Positions 25,311 through 38,450 of a DNA stretch of 64,000 nucleotides are shown in pieces (position 1 is the stretch's first letter; each line of letters begins with the position of its first letter). A model generated the notes under the pieces. The model worked only from the letters and a program-made list of their open reading frames with translations. It was not told where the DNA came from and did not search any database. The translations under genes and the position numbers were made by a program. The stretch comes from Chiloscyllium plagiosum (taxonomy: Eukaryota), in NCBI RefSeq assembly GCF_004010195.1, contig NC_057719.1:48868723-48932722 (forward strand). The letters are read 5' to 3'.

Positions 25311-26380
25311 CAAATTGTTAGAGAGATCTTAGTGGAGAGGGGAGTGAAGTGGAAGGGGAGAGGGAGAAGACAGTGATTAATCTTGTGACTGACCTCAGTA
25401 ACTGCAATGTGAGGTGTCCTGCATATCTTGTATAGGTGCAGTGTTTTACATCCAACTGTCCAAAAGCTGGTGATGTCTGAAAATCAGATATTTTTAAGCT
25501 GCCAGACATGAATTTTAATTATTATACAAGTAAACTAACTGACTGCTTGTCAGCTAGGTGTGGCATTGACGTAGTCGATCTCCCATGAGTTATTAACTTG
25601 TACCTATCTTTTCCTGTGATCCAAGCACCTTTGACCCAGCTCAGTCTGATCCACCTGACCAAAACCAACCAAAACTAACTGCCCCAAAACATGCAAGACC
25701 CGAAATCCTACACAAACTCTGTCTCAAGATGTCCAGATTTGAGATCATGTGTGTTGTCCTTGAATCTTGTTTTCTCTAATAAAAACTACAAAGAAAAGGT
25801 TCTACATCTAGAATTCTAATTTCACATACAGAAATAACAGCTTCTGGCTTGCTTGCAGCAATATAATCTAACAGTGGGAACTCTGCAATTGGCCTGAATA
25901 CCCCTCAACTTTAGGGAAAATCAGTTAAAGTTCCTGATTCTGGCAGTTATTCAGTTCAGGAAGTATACATGGTAGGACATGACAAGAGTCGAATCAGGCT
26001 CAGTTGTAATGGTCCTTTGATTAAATAGTCTGTCAGCACTAACTCTCAAGACACATAGTTGAAGAAAAGGAACTTGGACAAAATAATCCAAGCCACAGCT
26101 GAAACTAGGGCACCTGTAATCCAATGGTTTTATGGGAGCTGATAAAACTGATACAGAAAATTAATAGTCAGAAAATGAGCAAATGATACTTAAAGGCCAA
26201 TGTCTCTGAATTGTTTTGAACACTTAATTTTTAGCTTACTCCATTCAAATGGACTTTATGACTACTTATTACTAAATTATTTTGTTGGTCATTACTGAGA
26301 TTCAGGGCTTTAAGGATAGGTACAAATTAAAATATAATGTGTTGTTGGGAGCCATTTAAATGCAAACTGAGAATGATAAT

Positions 26381-27346
26381 AAAAACTGAAAGAACTGTGG
26401 ATGCTGTGAATCAGAAACAAAAACAGAAGTCACTTGAAAAATTCAGCAGGTCTGGCAGCATCTGTGAAAAGAAATAAAAGTTAATGTTTCAGGTTTGGTA
26501 ACCCCCAGGGGGCACCCAGGTCCACTCTTTCTTTATTCCCAATACTCCTCCCCCTCTGCCCCCGGCCCTCTGGTACTTTTCCCTGCAACCAAAGAAGGTG
26601 TAACATCTGCCCATTTACTGACTCCCTCCTCAGTATCCAACGTCCAAACATAACTTCCAGGTGAAGCAGCACTTTACCTGCATTTCTCACAACCTAATCT
26701 ACTGCATTCGCTGCTCACAATGCGCTCTCCTCTACATTAGGGAAACAAATCGTAGACTGGGTAAGTGCTTCGTAGAATATCTATGTGCTACCTGCAAAAA
26801 AGACCCAGTTACCTGCCACTTTAACACATCACCCTGTTCTTTGGCCAATATCTGTGTCTCAGGCTTGCTGCAGTGCTCCATTGAAGCTCAGTGCAAGCTG
26901 GAAGAACAACACCTAATTTTCCACTTGGGGATCCTGCAACCCACCAGAATCAATAATAATTTTAGTTAAATAATTTTAGGGCCTGAATTCCCCCACGTCC
27001 TGGTCCCTACCTCACACACCAGGCCTTGTTATTACACAATCTGCTGTTACACACTACCTATTGTTGTACCACTAACCATCTCCATTAACAGCTATTCACC
27101 CTCCCAGCCAGCTCATGATCGATGCCTTTGTCTGTCCAACCATTCTTCTCTCTTTTTGGGTTCGATCCCTACCTATTGTTTACTCATTTCCCCCTCCCCC
27201 GACCCTAACCTCTGCATATAAAACAATATTTTCCTAACTACCATCAGTTCTAAGGAAGGGTCACTGAACCTGAAACGTTAACTTTGATTTCTCTGCACAA
27301 ATGTGCCAGACCTGCTGAGTTTTTCCAACAATTTCTGTTTTTGTTG
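26381..27346 (+). mobile_element. Penelope-like element family B: inverted 5' pLTR, GIY-YIG remnant, 3' pLTR
   Basis: ORF 26661-26969 FTCISHNLIYCIRCSQCALLYIRETNRRLG; antisense pLTR 26381-26500; sense pLTR with degenerate hammerhead at 27250-27280; aatgataat on both flanks. Confidence 0.85.
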
Positions 27347-27519
27347 CTAAAAATGATAATGTTGGGTTTTAGTTTAATTTACCAATGGTGGACAGGGAAA
27401 AGCATAGTAAAATCTTTCCTCAGGATAAAATAGAGGTGTGGCAGAATCTACGAATATGTTGTCAGTACAAAGAATGGGTTTAATAGCCTGAATGGAGTTT
27501 TCTTATTTTCTTACCGTCA

Positions 27520-27850
27520 CGGAATCACAGAATTGTTAGAGCACAAAATTCAGCCGATCATATCTGAGCATGCTTTCAAAATGACCAATTCATCTACTGC
27601 AATTCCTCTGCCTTGACCCCATAATCCTGCACATCTCTTTTCAGGAAGCAATCCAATTCCATCTTAAATACTTCCATTGACCTGCCACCACCACATTCTC
27701 AAGCAATGCATTCCCCATCTTAACCACTCACTGGATGAAAAGGTTGTACCATTTCCTTTGTTTCTTTTGTCAATGACTTTAAATTGGCAAAAAAAAAATC
27801 TCAATCCTTCCACCAGTGAGACCTGATTTTTCCTAACTATTCTGTCAGAC
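27520..27850 (-). mobile_element. Old CR1 LINE 3' end
   Basis: Antisense cagtgagtggttaagatggggaatgcattgcttgagaatgtggtggtggcagg, resembling the CR1 ORF2 C-terminus. Confidence 0.55.
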
Positions 27851-27852
27851 TC

Positions 27853-29912
27853 CAAGTTCTAAATTGGAGAAAGGCCAATTTTGACGGTATTAGGCAAGAA
27901 CTTTTGAAAGCTGATTGGAGGCAGATAAAGGGACGGCTGGAAAATGGGAAGCCTTCAGAAATGAGATAACAAGAATCCAGAGAAAGTATAATCCTGTTAG
28001 GGGGTAAGGAAAGGCTAGTAGGTATAGGGAATGCTAGATGACTAAAGAAATTGAGAGTTTGGTTAAGAAAAAGAAGGCAGCATATGTCAGGGATAGACAG
28101 GATAGATCAAGTGAATCCTTAGAAGGCTACGAAGGAAGTAGGAGTATACTTAAGAGGGAAATCAGGAGGGCAAAAAGGGGACATGAGATAGCTTTGGCAA
28201 ATAGAATTAAGGAGAATCCAAAAGGTTTTTACAAATATATTATGGACAAAAGGATAACTAGGGAGAGAATAGGGCCCCTCAAAGATCAGCAAGGCGGCCT
28301 TTGTGTGGAGCCACAGATAATGGGGGAGATACTAAAGGAATATTTAGCATCAATATTTACTGTGGAAAAGGATATGGAAGATATAGACTGCAGGGAAATA
28401 GATGGTGACATCTTTAAAAATGTCCAGATTACAGAGGAGGAAGTGCTGGATGTCTTGAAACGGGTAACGTGATCAGGTGTACCCGAGAACCCTGTGGGAA
28501 GCCAGAGAAGTGATTGCTGGGCCTCTTGCTGAGATATTTGTATCATCGATAGTCACAGGTGAGGTGCCGGAAGACTGGAGGTTGGCAAACGTGGTGCCAC
28601 TGTTTAAGAAGGGCGGTAAAGACAAGCCAGGGAACTATAGACTGGTGAGCCTGACCTCCGTGGTGGGCAAGTTGTTGGAGGGAATCCTGAAGGACAGGAT
28701 GTACATGTATTTGGAAAGGCAAGGTCTGATTAGGGATAGTCAACATGGCTTTGTGCATGGNNNNNNNNNNNNNNNNNNNNNNNNNNNNNNNNNNNNNNNN
28801 NNNNNNNNNNNNNNNNNNNNNNNNNNNNNNNNNNNNNNNNNNNNNNNNNNNNNNNNNNNNNNNNNNNNNNNNNNNNNNNNNNNNNNNNNNNNNNNNNNNN
28901 NNNNNNNNNNNNNNNNNNNNNNNNNNNNNNNNNNNNNNNNNNNNNNNNNNNNNNNNNNNNNNNNNNNNNNNNNNNNNNNNNNNNNNNNNNNNNNNNNNNN
29001 NNNNNNNNNNNNNNNNNNNNNNNNNNNNNNNNNNNNNNNNNNNNNNNNNNNNNNNNNNNNNNNNNNNNNNNNNNNNNNNNNNNNNNNNNNNNNNNNNNNN
29101 NNNNNNNNNNNNNNNNNNNNNNNNNNNNNNNNNNNNNNNNNNNNNNNNNNNNNNNNNNNNNNNNNNNNNNNNNNNNNNNNNNNNNNNNNNNNNNNNNNNN
29201 NNNNNNNNNNNNNNNNNNNNNNNNNNNNNNNNNNNNNNNNNNNNNNNNNNNNNNNNNNNNNNNNNNNNNNNNNNNNNNNNNNNNNNNNNNNNNNNNNNNN
29301 NNNNNNNNNNNNNNNNNNNNNNNNNNNNNNNNNNNNNNNNNNNNNNNNNNNNNNNNNNNNNNNNNNNNNNNNNNNNNNNNNNNNNNNNNNNNNNNNNNNN
29401 NNNNNNNNNNNNNNNNNNNNNNNNNNNNNNNNNNNNNNNNNNNNNNNNNNNNNNNNNNNNNNNNNNNNNNNNNNNNNNNNNNNNNNNNNNNNNNNNNNNN
29501 NNNNNNNNNNNNNNNNNNNNNNNNNNNNNNNNNNNNNNNNNNNNNNNNNNNNNNNNNNNNNNNNNNNNNNNNNNNNNNNNNNNNNNNNNNNNNNNNNNNN
29601 NNNNNNNNNNNNNNNNNNNNNNNNNNNNNNNNNNNNNNNNNNNNNNNNNNNNNNNNNNNNNNNNNNNNNNNNNNNNNNNNNNNNNNNNNNNNNNNNNNNN
29701 NNNNNNNNNNNNNNNNNNNNNTGGTGGAGGCTGGTACAATTGCAACATTTAAAAGGCATTTGGATGGGTATAGGAATAGGAAGGGTTTGGAGGGATATGG
29801 GCCGGGTGTTGGCAGGTGGGACTTGATTGGGTTGGAATATCTCGTTGGCATGGAGAGGTTGGACCGAAGGGTCTGTTTCCATGCTGTACATCTTTATGAC
29901 TCTATGACTCTA
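27853..29912 (+). mobile_element. CR1 LINE copy spanning the assembly gap
   Basis: Collinear with 13480-14400 before the gap and with the CR1 3' end after it; tail tatgactctatgactctatg. Confidence 0.9.
28761..29721. other. Assembly gap (961 N)
   Basis: Run of n. Confidence 1.
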
Positions 29913-30902
29913 TGCTGGGTCAACTACCTTTTGCCATTTATATAAGTGATTTGGATGTGCGCATAAAAGGTATAAATTAGTAAGCTTGCAGATGCCACCA
30001 AAATTGGAGGTATAGTGGACAGCGAAGAAGGTTACCTCAGATTACAATAGGATCTTGATCAGATGGGCCAATGGGCTGAGGAGTGGCAGATGGAGTTTAA
30101 TGTAGATAAATGGGAGGTGCTGCATTTTGGGAAAGCAATCTAAGCAGGACTTCTACACTTCTTGGTAAGGTCCTAGGGAGTGTTTGTGAACAAAGAGACC
30201 TTGGAGTGCAGTTTCATAGCTCCTTTAAAGTAGAGTTGCGAGTCGATAGGATAGTGAAGAAGGCATTTGGTTTGCTTTCCTTTATTGGTCAAAGTATTGA
30301 GTACAGCAGTTGGGAGGTCATGTTGCAGCTGTACATGACATTGGTTAGGCCACTGTTGGAATATTGCGTGCAATTCTGGTCTCCTTCCTATCGAAGGATG
30401 TGGTGAAACTTGAAAGGGTTCAGAAAAGATTTACAAGGATGTTGCCAGGGTTGAAGGATTTGAGCTATAGGGAGAGGTTGATTTGGCTGGGGATGTTTTC
30501 CCTCGAGCGTCAGAGGCTGAGGGGTGACCTTATAGAGATTTATATAATAATGAGAGGCATGGATAGGATAAATAGACAAAATCTTTTCCCTGGGGTCAGG
30601 GAGTCCAGAACTAGAGGGCATAGGTTTAGGGTGAGAGGGGAAAGATATAAAAGAGATCTAAGGGAAACCTTTTTCATACAGAGGGTGGTACATGTATGGA
30701 ATGAGCTGCCAGAGGAAGTGGTGGAGGCTGGTACAATTGCAACATTTAAGATGCATCTGGTTGGGTATATGAAAAGGAAAGGTTTGGAGGGATATGGGAA
30801 GTGTACTGCCAGGTGGAACTAGATTGTGTTGAAATATCTAGTCGGTGTGGACGAATTGGACTGAAGGGTCTGTTTCAATGTTGTACATCTCTATAACTCT
30901 AT
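29913..30902 (+). mobile_element. Second CR1 LINE 3' fragment directly in tandem
   Basis: Starts inside RT straight after the previous tail; ORF 30364-30822 LERVQKRFTRMLPG...WNELP; own 3' tail. Confidence 0.9.
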
Positions 30903-31544
30903 ATGTATCAGGAAGAGCAAGAATCTCAACTCTGGAGAATTCCACAACAAACCTTCCTCCAGTTCAAAAATAATTCATTAACCACCACTCACTCTTTCAT
31001 GTTACTTGGCCAAATTTGTATCCATGTAGTTACTGTCACTAATCCTGGTAGTATTTATGATCAATTGGGGAAAACAACATTTTGCTATGATAATCAAGTG
31101 TCGGTGCAGAAATTGGTTTGAGGTAAAAGATTGTTCAGTGATTATAATGGTGTTACCAAACACCACAGCCTATATTAGGAGAGCTGTCATGTTGGAAGTT
31201 GTTGTAGTGTCATGATTCCAGTAATAGATTTTATAATGATCCAATTCAGCTTTGTTATGAATATCATTTTCTCGGGTACACTGTCACAGTTTGATCGTAC
31301 CTTCAGTGTACTTGCTTCTTTAGCAGAGACCCAGAAACTCACTCACATGAACTCTAGTGGTACAACCCAAAACACAGCCTATATTTTGTTTGCATTGGCT
31401 TGAATATTCAATGAAGTAGCAAAGACCATTGGTGGCAGGTAGGTGAGGTGGATCGGGGCTAGTCAAGTCGGGTAATGAGGTAGTTGAGAAGGGGCCTAAT
31501 CTGGTTAAGTCAAGGTTGTTCGCAACATGCATGGTATTGACTCA

Positions 31545-32075
31545 CCAACCAGCTCACATTCGCAAAATTTGCAATGCAGTGTCTGAAATTAGACATAGTT
31601 CTGTAATTATAAACATTTGCTGAATGATCCTGACTGTGTAAAGTGTTATTTTGACAATCATCTTAGGATTGTCATTTGGGCGCACATGGTGGTGCACATT
31701 TATATACCTGGAGTTACATTGATACCTAGGTCCCTGTTCTTTGCCAACAGAAGAATATATACATACACCAAATCTGTTTCAACAAAATAAGTGACTGTCA
31801 TTCTCTGGTTTGCTTCTTGGGACAACTGCTTGATCAATCAGTGTCAACCTGCCTGATTAAAATGTAACAAAACTTGGCAGTTCACTGTCAGTTTTCATTA
31901 ACTAGTACATTCTTCTTGGCAATGCCTCTACCAATCTGATTCTACTTGCCAACCATCAGGATTCTCCTAGCATACTGTATAACTTGTTTTCCATTTTACT
32001 TCGGTATTTCTCAGAAATTATCCTCCTAAGGACAAGATGAAAAACTTCTACAGAATGTGTTTTGTTTAGCAATAC
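31545..32075 (+). mobile_element. Old Penelope-like fragment (endonuclease C-terminus and pLTR), separate family
   Basis: HLLNDPDCVKCYFDNHLRIVIWA ... PVLCQQK resembles a PLE GIY-YIG C-terminus; decayed hammerhead-like end at ~32025-32050. Confidence 0.55.
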
Positions 32076-32350
32076 CTAATTTGGCATTCAGAACGCATCA
32101 ATTTTCAAACATGTTTTCAATTTATTTTCATTTAAATTAACTCCAGTTCTATGTATCATGAGAGACAGTGATATGCTACTTCACTTAAGAAGGTGACACT
32201 TCATTCCAACTGTGATGTACCTAATCCAGAGCTAAATGATCCAATCACATCGAATATTATCTAAAGGCTGATCTTTAATATCCTTCAGCAAAATAATGGC
32301 CAAGAGATCTAGTCTCATTGTGCCAATTTGTTGGGAAGTAATGAGCTTAC

Positions 32351-32409
32351 TGAGACCTTAATATGGAGGATCTGAAGTATACATCCATTTGTGGCTCGAA
32401 GTATGCTAC
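32351..32409 (-). other. Candidate 59-nt exon
   Basis: Acceptor tttttctaaaatgacag|G and donor TCA|gtaagc in unique sequence; one open frame VAYFEPQMDVYFRSSILRS. Confidence 0.3.
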
Positions 32410-33908
32410 CTGTCATTTTAGAAAAACATGTAGGCATTGTATTTCTTGAAAGTTCTTAGAAAGACTTGGTTTGGGTTAAGTAAGGTTTTTCTGATGCTCT
32501 GAATATCTAAAACCATTTTGCTGAAATCTATATTGGTCTGTATTTGCATTTTCATTCGGTGCCAGACAGATGTAGTTGTAGATTGATTACACAGAAAGGA
32601 GAACAAAATGTAGGTTAAGCTGTCCTTGAGATATTCAATTCAAACCCACTTGCAGGTTTATACTTATGATAGAGATAAAGTAATGTGGAAAGTAATTTTT
32701 CATTTCCCATGTAATTTTTGATTTGCTACCAAGCAAGGCCATATGTGCTAAGTGTGGCAAAAATGGTGCGTTTTTAAATCTGTAGTATTTATTTCTAATT
32801 CCCTATTTTATAATGTGCAATGCTGCTATGTTATAATTTATGCATGATGTGACTGTGTGTACTCCTGGTTGTTTGAAATAAGTAGATATCAAACACATTT
32901 CTTGTAATTATTGAGTGACTCTGTTTTTAACATTCAAAAAGCAAAGCTGCTTTTCTGCATTAACAATATTGTTGGGTTCCTCGGTCGTCTTCCCCTCCTT
33001 CAAAATAAAAACTACATCAGCAGATAACTGCATCTCTCAGACCTGTTCTGTTTTGAATTTTTGAACTGATAAATACATCCTAATGTAATAAATAATTTTC
33101 ACTGTACATAATTTTAAAGAAATAAGAGATTTTTATAAACAGACATTATTCTAATTGTCAAGCTAAAATTCATTTCCAAAGTATAATGTAATTGAACAAT
33201 TTTGTCCCTATCAAATTAAAGAATGACAGGGTTGGAAAATGAACCAATTTTCTGTGGCATCAAATTACAGTACATTTTCAACACTGTTTGTATCAGGTGT
33301 GATAGGATCAGGTGCAATGTACAGTTTCTTCTTCATTACCTTAATAATTTGGGTTAATCTCAGCAGCTCAATAGCTCACATGGTAAATAAATGTATAAGC
33401 CTCAACCTGAACTAATATTCAGAAACGTTTCCCTTGATTAGATGAGCTTTTCTGAGTTCATGGTCAATCAACCAGAAAAAGCACAAGCAGCATTAGAGTG
33501 TTCTATCTCTTGGAGATGGGCAAATCCAGCAGTAGGGAAGCATTGTACTTTAAATAAAATAGTCTACTTTCTTTGTTTCCACTGTAGCCACGGAAAGTTT
33601 CAGCCCAGATATTCTGATGGGCAGATACTCACTGGGGCAGCTCAGACTGGAGTGGCACATTGGGCTCATGCAGAATCCCAGACTCATCAAATTTTGAGGA
33701 AATTGCCCAGGAAATTGAAGGGTCTAGTGGACAATTCTCCTGTGCTTGAAACCCTCTAAGAAAGGCATTTAATACTGGAGGGTTGGGACAATTCCACTTC
33801 TGTTAATGAGTTACCCATGAATAGTTAAGACAATTAAAATCTTAATTCAATTCCTGATTAATGACATTAACCATATGTAGCCAAATATACTCCCCCAACC
33901 CTTTACAC

Positions 33909-34118
33909 CCAGGATTGCTGACAGCAATGCCCATCAATCCCCATAACCAGAGCTTCTCAAACCAGCACATGATTCCATTGACCCTTTAGATATTAGATTA
34001 GATTACATTACAGTATGGAAACAGGCCCTTCGGCCAGGATTGCTGACAGCAATGCCCATCAATCCCCATAACCAGAGCTTCTCAAACCAGCACATGATTC
34101 CATTGACCCTTTAGATAT
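33909..34118. repeat. Exact 85-bp direct repeat flanking a 40-bp antisense SINE 3' tail
   Basis: 33909-33993 is identical to 34034-34118; insert 33994-34033 matches the SINE tail at ~19060-19098. Confidence 0.9.
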
Positions 34119-34504
34119 GATACCCCTGCTGCCAGTGTAGAAAGCCCCAAAGGCTCCCGGTGTTGTGAATGACTTGAATTACTGAATTCTTGAATTTGCC
34201 AGTAATTCAGAGTAGGTTGACAGGGTGGTAATTGGCTGGATAGGATTTGTCCTGCTTTAAACACAGATCAGAATGCCACTCTGCTCATATTTTTTGATGT
34301 TAACACTGGGCTTCCTACTTCTAGCTGGCAATTCTGATCCTGCAGTATGCAACAAAACTGAAAACAACACAGTTCTCCTGTAATGAACATTGTCAGGAGA
34401 AGGCAACCTACGTTCCCTTTTTTAGCAGTCAGTGTGTCATATCATGAGATTTAAATATCCAACAGTATGGCCTGCTGATGGGAAAGTGTAAGCATGGAAT
34501 GCAG

Positions 34505-34735
34505 GTTTGGGAATCAAGGGAAAAACCTCTGCTGGTTAGAGTCATATATAACACAAAGGAAGATAATTAAGGTTGTTGGAGAAAAATCATCTCATTCACA
34601 GCATATTGCTGCAGGAGTTCCTCAGGGCAGTGTCCTAGGCCCAACCATCTTCAGTTGCTTTGTCAAAGACTTTCCCTCCATCATAAGATCAGAAATGGGG
34701 ATGTCAGAGCATTATACAATTCTCAGCACCATTCA
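34505..34735 (+). mobile_element. CR1-group LINE RT fragment (different family); probable 3' end at ~35480-35700
   Basis: WLESYITQRK...AGVPQGSVLGPTIFSCF. Confidence 0.7.
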
Positions 34736-35714
34736 TTCTCCTCTGTAACATAGTTAACTTTTCCTCAGTTCAGAGTGACAAGTCTTCTCCTCACAAACGA
34801 ATGAAGCCTTGCAGATTTCTGCCTCCTGACGACAATGTGTCCAAGTCATACCTACTCTTTTGTAAAACAAATAAATAATTTTACCAACTTAACTGATTAA
34901 CAAGTTAACTATTAGGACTCCTTTTGAATTTTGCTCTGTGACAGTTTTGATATTGTCTCTCCCTTAACCTTTCCTTGACTTGCCCTCTGTGTCACTGCCC
35001 CCTCCCTTTCAATATCATAAAACCCAAGAAGAGTCATATTGGGCTTGGAATATTAATTCTGCTTCTCTCTCCACAGATACAACAAATCTGCTGAGGTTTT
35101 TCTTGCACTTATTCAGATCTCTAGTGATGGGAGACTTATGCTTATATTTAACTGAATTAACAACTTAAAGGGACAATGGAACAAAAATCAAAACTTCAAT
35201 TGAAAACTTATTAAGTTGTAAGTAAATGATAATTTTGAGGTGAGATGATACACTCCAGCCCCTGAAGTGCTCACTCGTGATTTTTAGATGCTGAAACCAT
35301 GTGTGTTCATGTGCAGGAAGAACTAATAACATTCAGATTGGGCTGACAAAGAATATTTCTGCAAGTCCCAGGTAGTGAGCATTTTCAACAAGATGGAATC
35401 CAATTATCTTTCCTTAATTTTAATAGCATTACTATCGCAGCAAACACTATTATCAACATTTTGGCATTTGTATGGTTGGAACCTCATCCATCACCTTAAG
35501 CATTCACCCCCTCCATTAATGATGCTCTGTGGCAGCAGTTTGTACCATCTACAGGATCTACTGCTGTAATTCATCAAGGCTCCTTCAGCAAAACCTTCCA
35601 AACCGATAACCTCTACCACTTAATAGGACAAGTGAAGCATACATATGGGGCCACACCAACTTTGCATTTCCCTTCAAGCTACATACTATTCTCACATGAA
35701 ACTGTATTACAATT

Positions 35715-35915
35715 CAAAGTTTGTGAGAAGATTTGTAGCTCAGGTGCTCATTGTTGTGGTTCTGTTCGCCGAGCTGGGAATTTGTGTTGCAGACGTTTCG
35801 TCCCCTGTCTAGGTGACATCCTCAGTGCTTGGGAGCCTCCTGTGAAGCGCTTCTGTGATCTTTCCTCTGGCATTTGTAGTGGTTTGAATCTGCCGCTTCC
35901 AGTTGTCAGTTCCTT
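35715..35915 (-). mobile_element. Penelope pLTR related to family C
   Basis: End gagaagatttgtagctc shared with ~619-636 and ~62553-62570; contains an intact hammerhead core. Confidence 0.8.
35789..35828 (-). ncRNA. Minimal hammerhead ribozyme motif, best-formed copy in the window
   Basis: gca-CTGAGGA-t-gtcacc-tagaca-ggggac-GAAA-CGTC-tgc: 3-bp helix I, helix II with one mismatch, ACGT palindromic helix III, GUC site. Confidence 0.75.
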
Positions 35916-36974
35916 ACTGTCCCTGTAAGCTTTAGAATATGGTGTATTCATATATATGTTCTATCCTACACCGCATTGCACAAAGTCCACAAAGGCTCGA
36001 CTGATATTGGGCTTTATTTCTTCAGTGGCACTTCCTAACAAAAAAGGGATAATTTTCCTTTGGAGTATTGTATGATTTTAGGAGCTTGATACTATGCTGA
36101 ACATTTCCATTATTTTGTGCGATTGAATTTAATTTTCATTGAATTTGGTTACTGTGGAAAATTGTTAAGTAGATATTTTAATTTTGATGATTGTCACAGC
36201 AATGTTCTTACTGCCTACTTCATTTTGGCAATGGTTATGTGGAGGTTCCTAAAGTGCAGAAATACTTCTGTTAGGTGATTCAATGGATGGGGCTGAAATG
36301 AAAATGCAACTAAATGGATCCGAGGATTAGCTGCAAGGTTTTGAGCTACTTAATCGCTGATCTTGATCTACAAGAGCATCAGAAATATTATATTGCATTT
36401 GATAACATTGGTTTTAAAAATGACTCTTTTGTTCACTGTAGAACAGCTAGGTGAAAGAAATCATTTAGAGTTCCCTGTAAGAATGAGCTTCTACTGTAAG
36501 ACTATTATCATGTCCTAAAGGCTCCTGTTAGGCTATCATTGAGTGCATAACTCCGGATCTGAAGCAGATCTATTACTGTAGATAAAAATATGACATTTGG
36601 CGAAAATTAAGGGATGTAAATGCACATCAAGTGCTTTCCATGCTACAGGATATTGAATGCTTTTGAATCTATCTCCTTCATCAAGGTAGGTTGGCAAAAC
36701 ATGATATTGAGCAAAAGACTATACAGTCATGAATTGTACTCTGAATTAACTGTTGCTTAGAACTTTGGTCAATTATATCATGCAATTTCTTAAATTATAA
36801 TTAGACAGTAAAAGAAAAACTAAATCAACGCGGAAGTTGGCTATGAGGGGGTTATCACAGTTTACAGGATTCTTTCACTCTCCAAATGAGAGTTAGTGAA
36901 TCGTGTGTTGTATGAAATGAAACATTGTATATGGCTGGCAGTTCACTTATTATGGCTAAGAATGTGACTTAAAG

Positions 36975-37985
36975 CAACAAAAACAGAAATTGCTGGAAAA
37001 TCTCAGCAGATCTGGCAGCACCTGTGTAGGTCAGAGTTAATGTTTCAGGTCCAATGATCCTTCTTCAGAATTGATGGTAGATAGGAAAAAGTTGTTTTTT
37101 ACGCAGAAGATTGCGTGGGAGAGGGGTAAGGAGTAAACGATAGGTGGACATAGAGACCAAAGAGAAAAAAGAACAGTTGGATAATGGAGTGGATAATGGA
37201 CAAAGGAGTGGAAAATGATTAGCCTGGGAGAATGAATGGCTGGAAATATGTTGTGTGTAATAGCAGAGCATGTGATAACAAGGCCTGGTGTGTGGGGGCT
37301 GGGGTAAGGACATGGGAGAAGGTGCCTCAAGCCCTAAAATTGTTAAACTCAACATTGAGTCCAGAAGGCTGTAGAGTTCCCAAGCACAAAATGAAGTGCT
37401 GTTCTTCCAGCTTGTTCTGAGTTTTGCTGGAGCACTGCAGTAAGCCTGTGACAGGGATGTTGGCCAGGGAACAGGGTGGTGTGTTGAAGTGGCAGGCAAC
37501 TGGAAGCTCAGGGTCTTTTTTGTGGGCAAAACATAGGTGTTCTGTGAAGTGGTCACCCAGTCTAAGCTTTGTTTCCCTGATGTGGAGGAGACCACATTGT
37601 GGGTAGTGAATACAAATAGACTAGATTGAGTGAAGTGCAGGTAAAGCACTGCATCGCCTGGAAGGTGTGTTTCAGCCCTTGGATACTGAGGAGGGAGGAA
37701 GTAAATGAGCAGGTGTTACACCTTCTGCGGTTGCAGTGGATGGCGCCATGGAGGTGTGGGGTGTGGGGATGTATTGGGAGTGAAGGAGGAGTGGACCAGG
37801 GTATCAGGGAGGGAATGGTCCTTGTGGAAGACTAACAAGAGAGGGAAAGGGTCATTTGAAGAATGGTCACTGGATCCGAAACGTTAACCCTGCTTTCTCT
37901 CCACAGATGGTGCCAGACCCTGATAAGATATTCCAGCAGTTTATATTTTTGTTTCAGATTTTCAGTAGTTTTTTGGGCTTTTTTG
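36975..37985 (-). mobile_element. Penelope-like element family B, antisense, with inverted pLTR at 37855-37985
   Basis: Reverse-complement match to 26560-27346 including the GIY-YIG region; degenerate hammerheads at ~37040-37070 (-) and ~37855-37887 (+). Confidence 0.85.
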
Positions 37986-38266
37986 TGTCTAATGAAACCT
38001 AAAGACTGTGCATTCTGCATTTGAATATGAAACTGAATAGGTCCAGTTAAACATAGCAATTTCCCTTTGGGACATGCAAACTGGTAACCTACAATTGTTC
38101 CAAAATACCACAAAATGTGAGGTAGTGGGTTAACCTGTTACCATGTTGTAATTTCTTTTAAAAAAAAAATTCTTTAGGGCATGTAGTTCACTCTCTACCA
38201 GGGAAAAGTAACAATTTTTCTCGAAGAACACAACTAGCATTAGTTATAAGAACAATAATTTGTATG

Positions 38267-38450
38267 ACACCATGTTATACTCCAACAGATTTATTTCAAA
38301 TCTCAAGCTTCAGGAGCACTGCTCCTTCCCTTGACAAAGGAGCAGCGCTGGAAAGCTTGTGATTTCAAGTAAACATGTTGGACTATAACCTGGTGTTGTT
38401 TGACTTCTAACTTTGTCCACCTCAGTCCAATACTGATACTTCCACGTCAT
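38267..38450. mobile_element. Fold-back PLE-type mini-insertion, family D, with ~15-bp TSD
   Basis: Inverted arms around ttgacaaaggagcagcgctggaaagc (decayed hammerhead-like core); flanks aataatttgtat(g/a)ac at 38254-38268 and 38451-38465. Confidence 0.7.

Noticed and set aside
25900..26090. Ancient SINE-like repeat
   Set aside because: Looks familiar but too decayed to name or bound without a library search
28477..29891. Long ORFs of 335-449 aa
   Set aside because: Artefacts of translating through the N gap inside a CR1 copy
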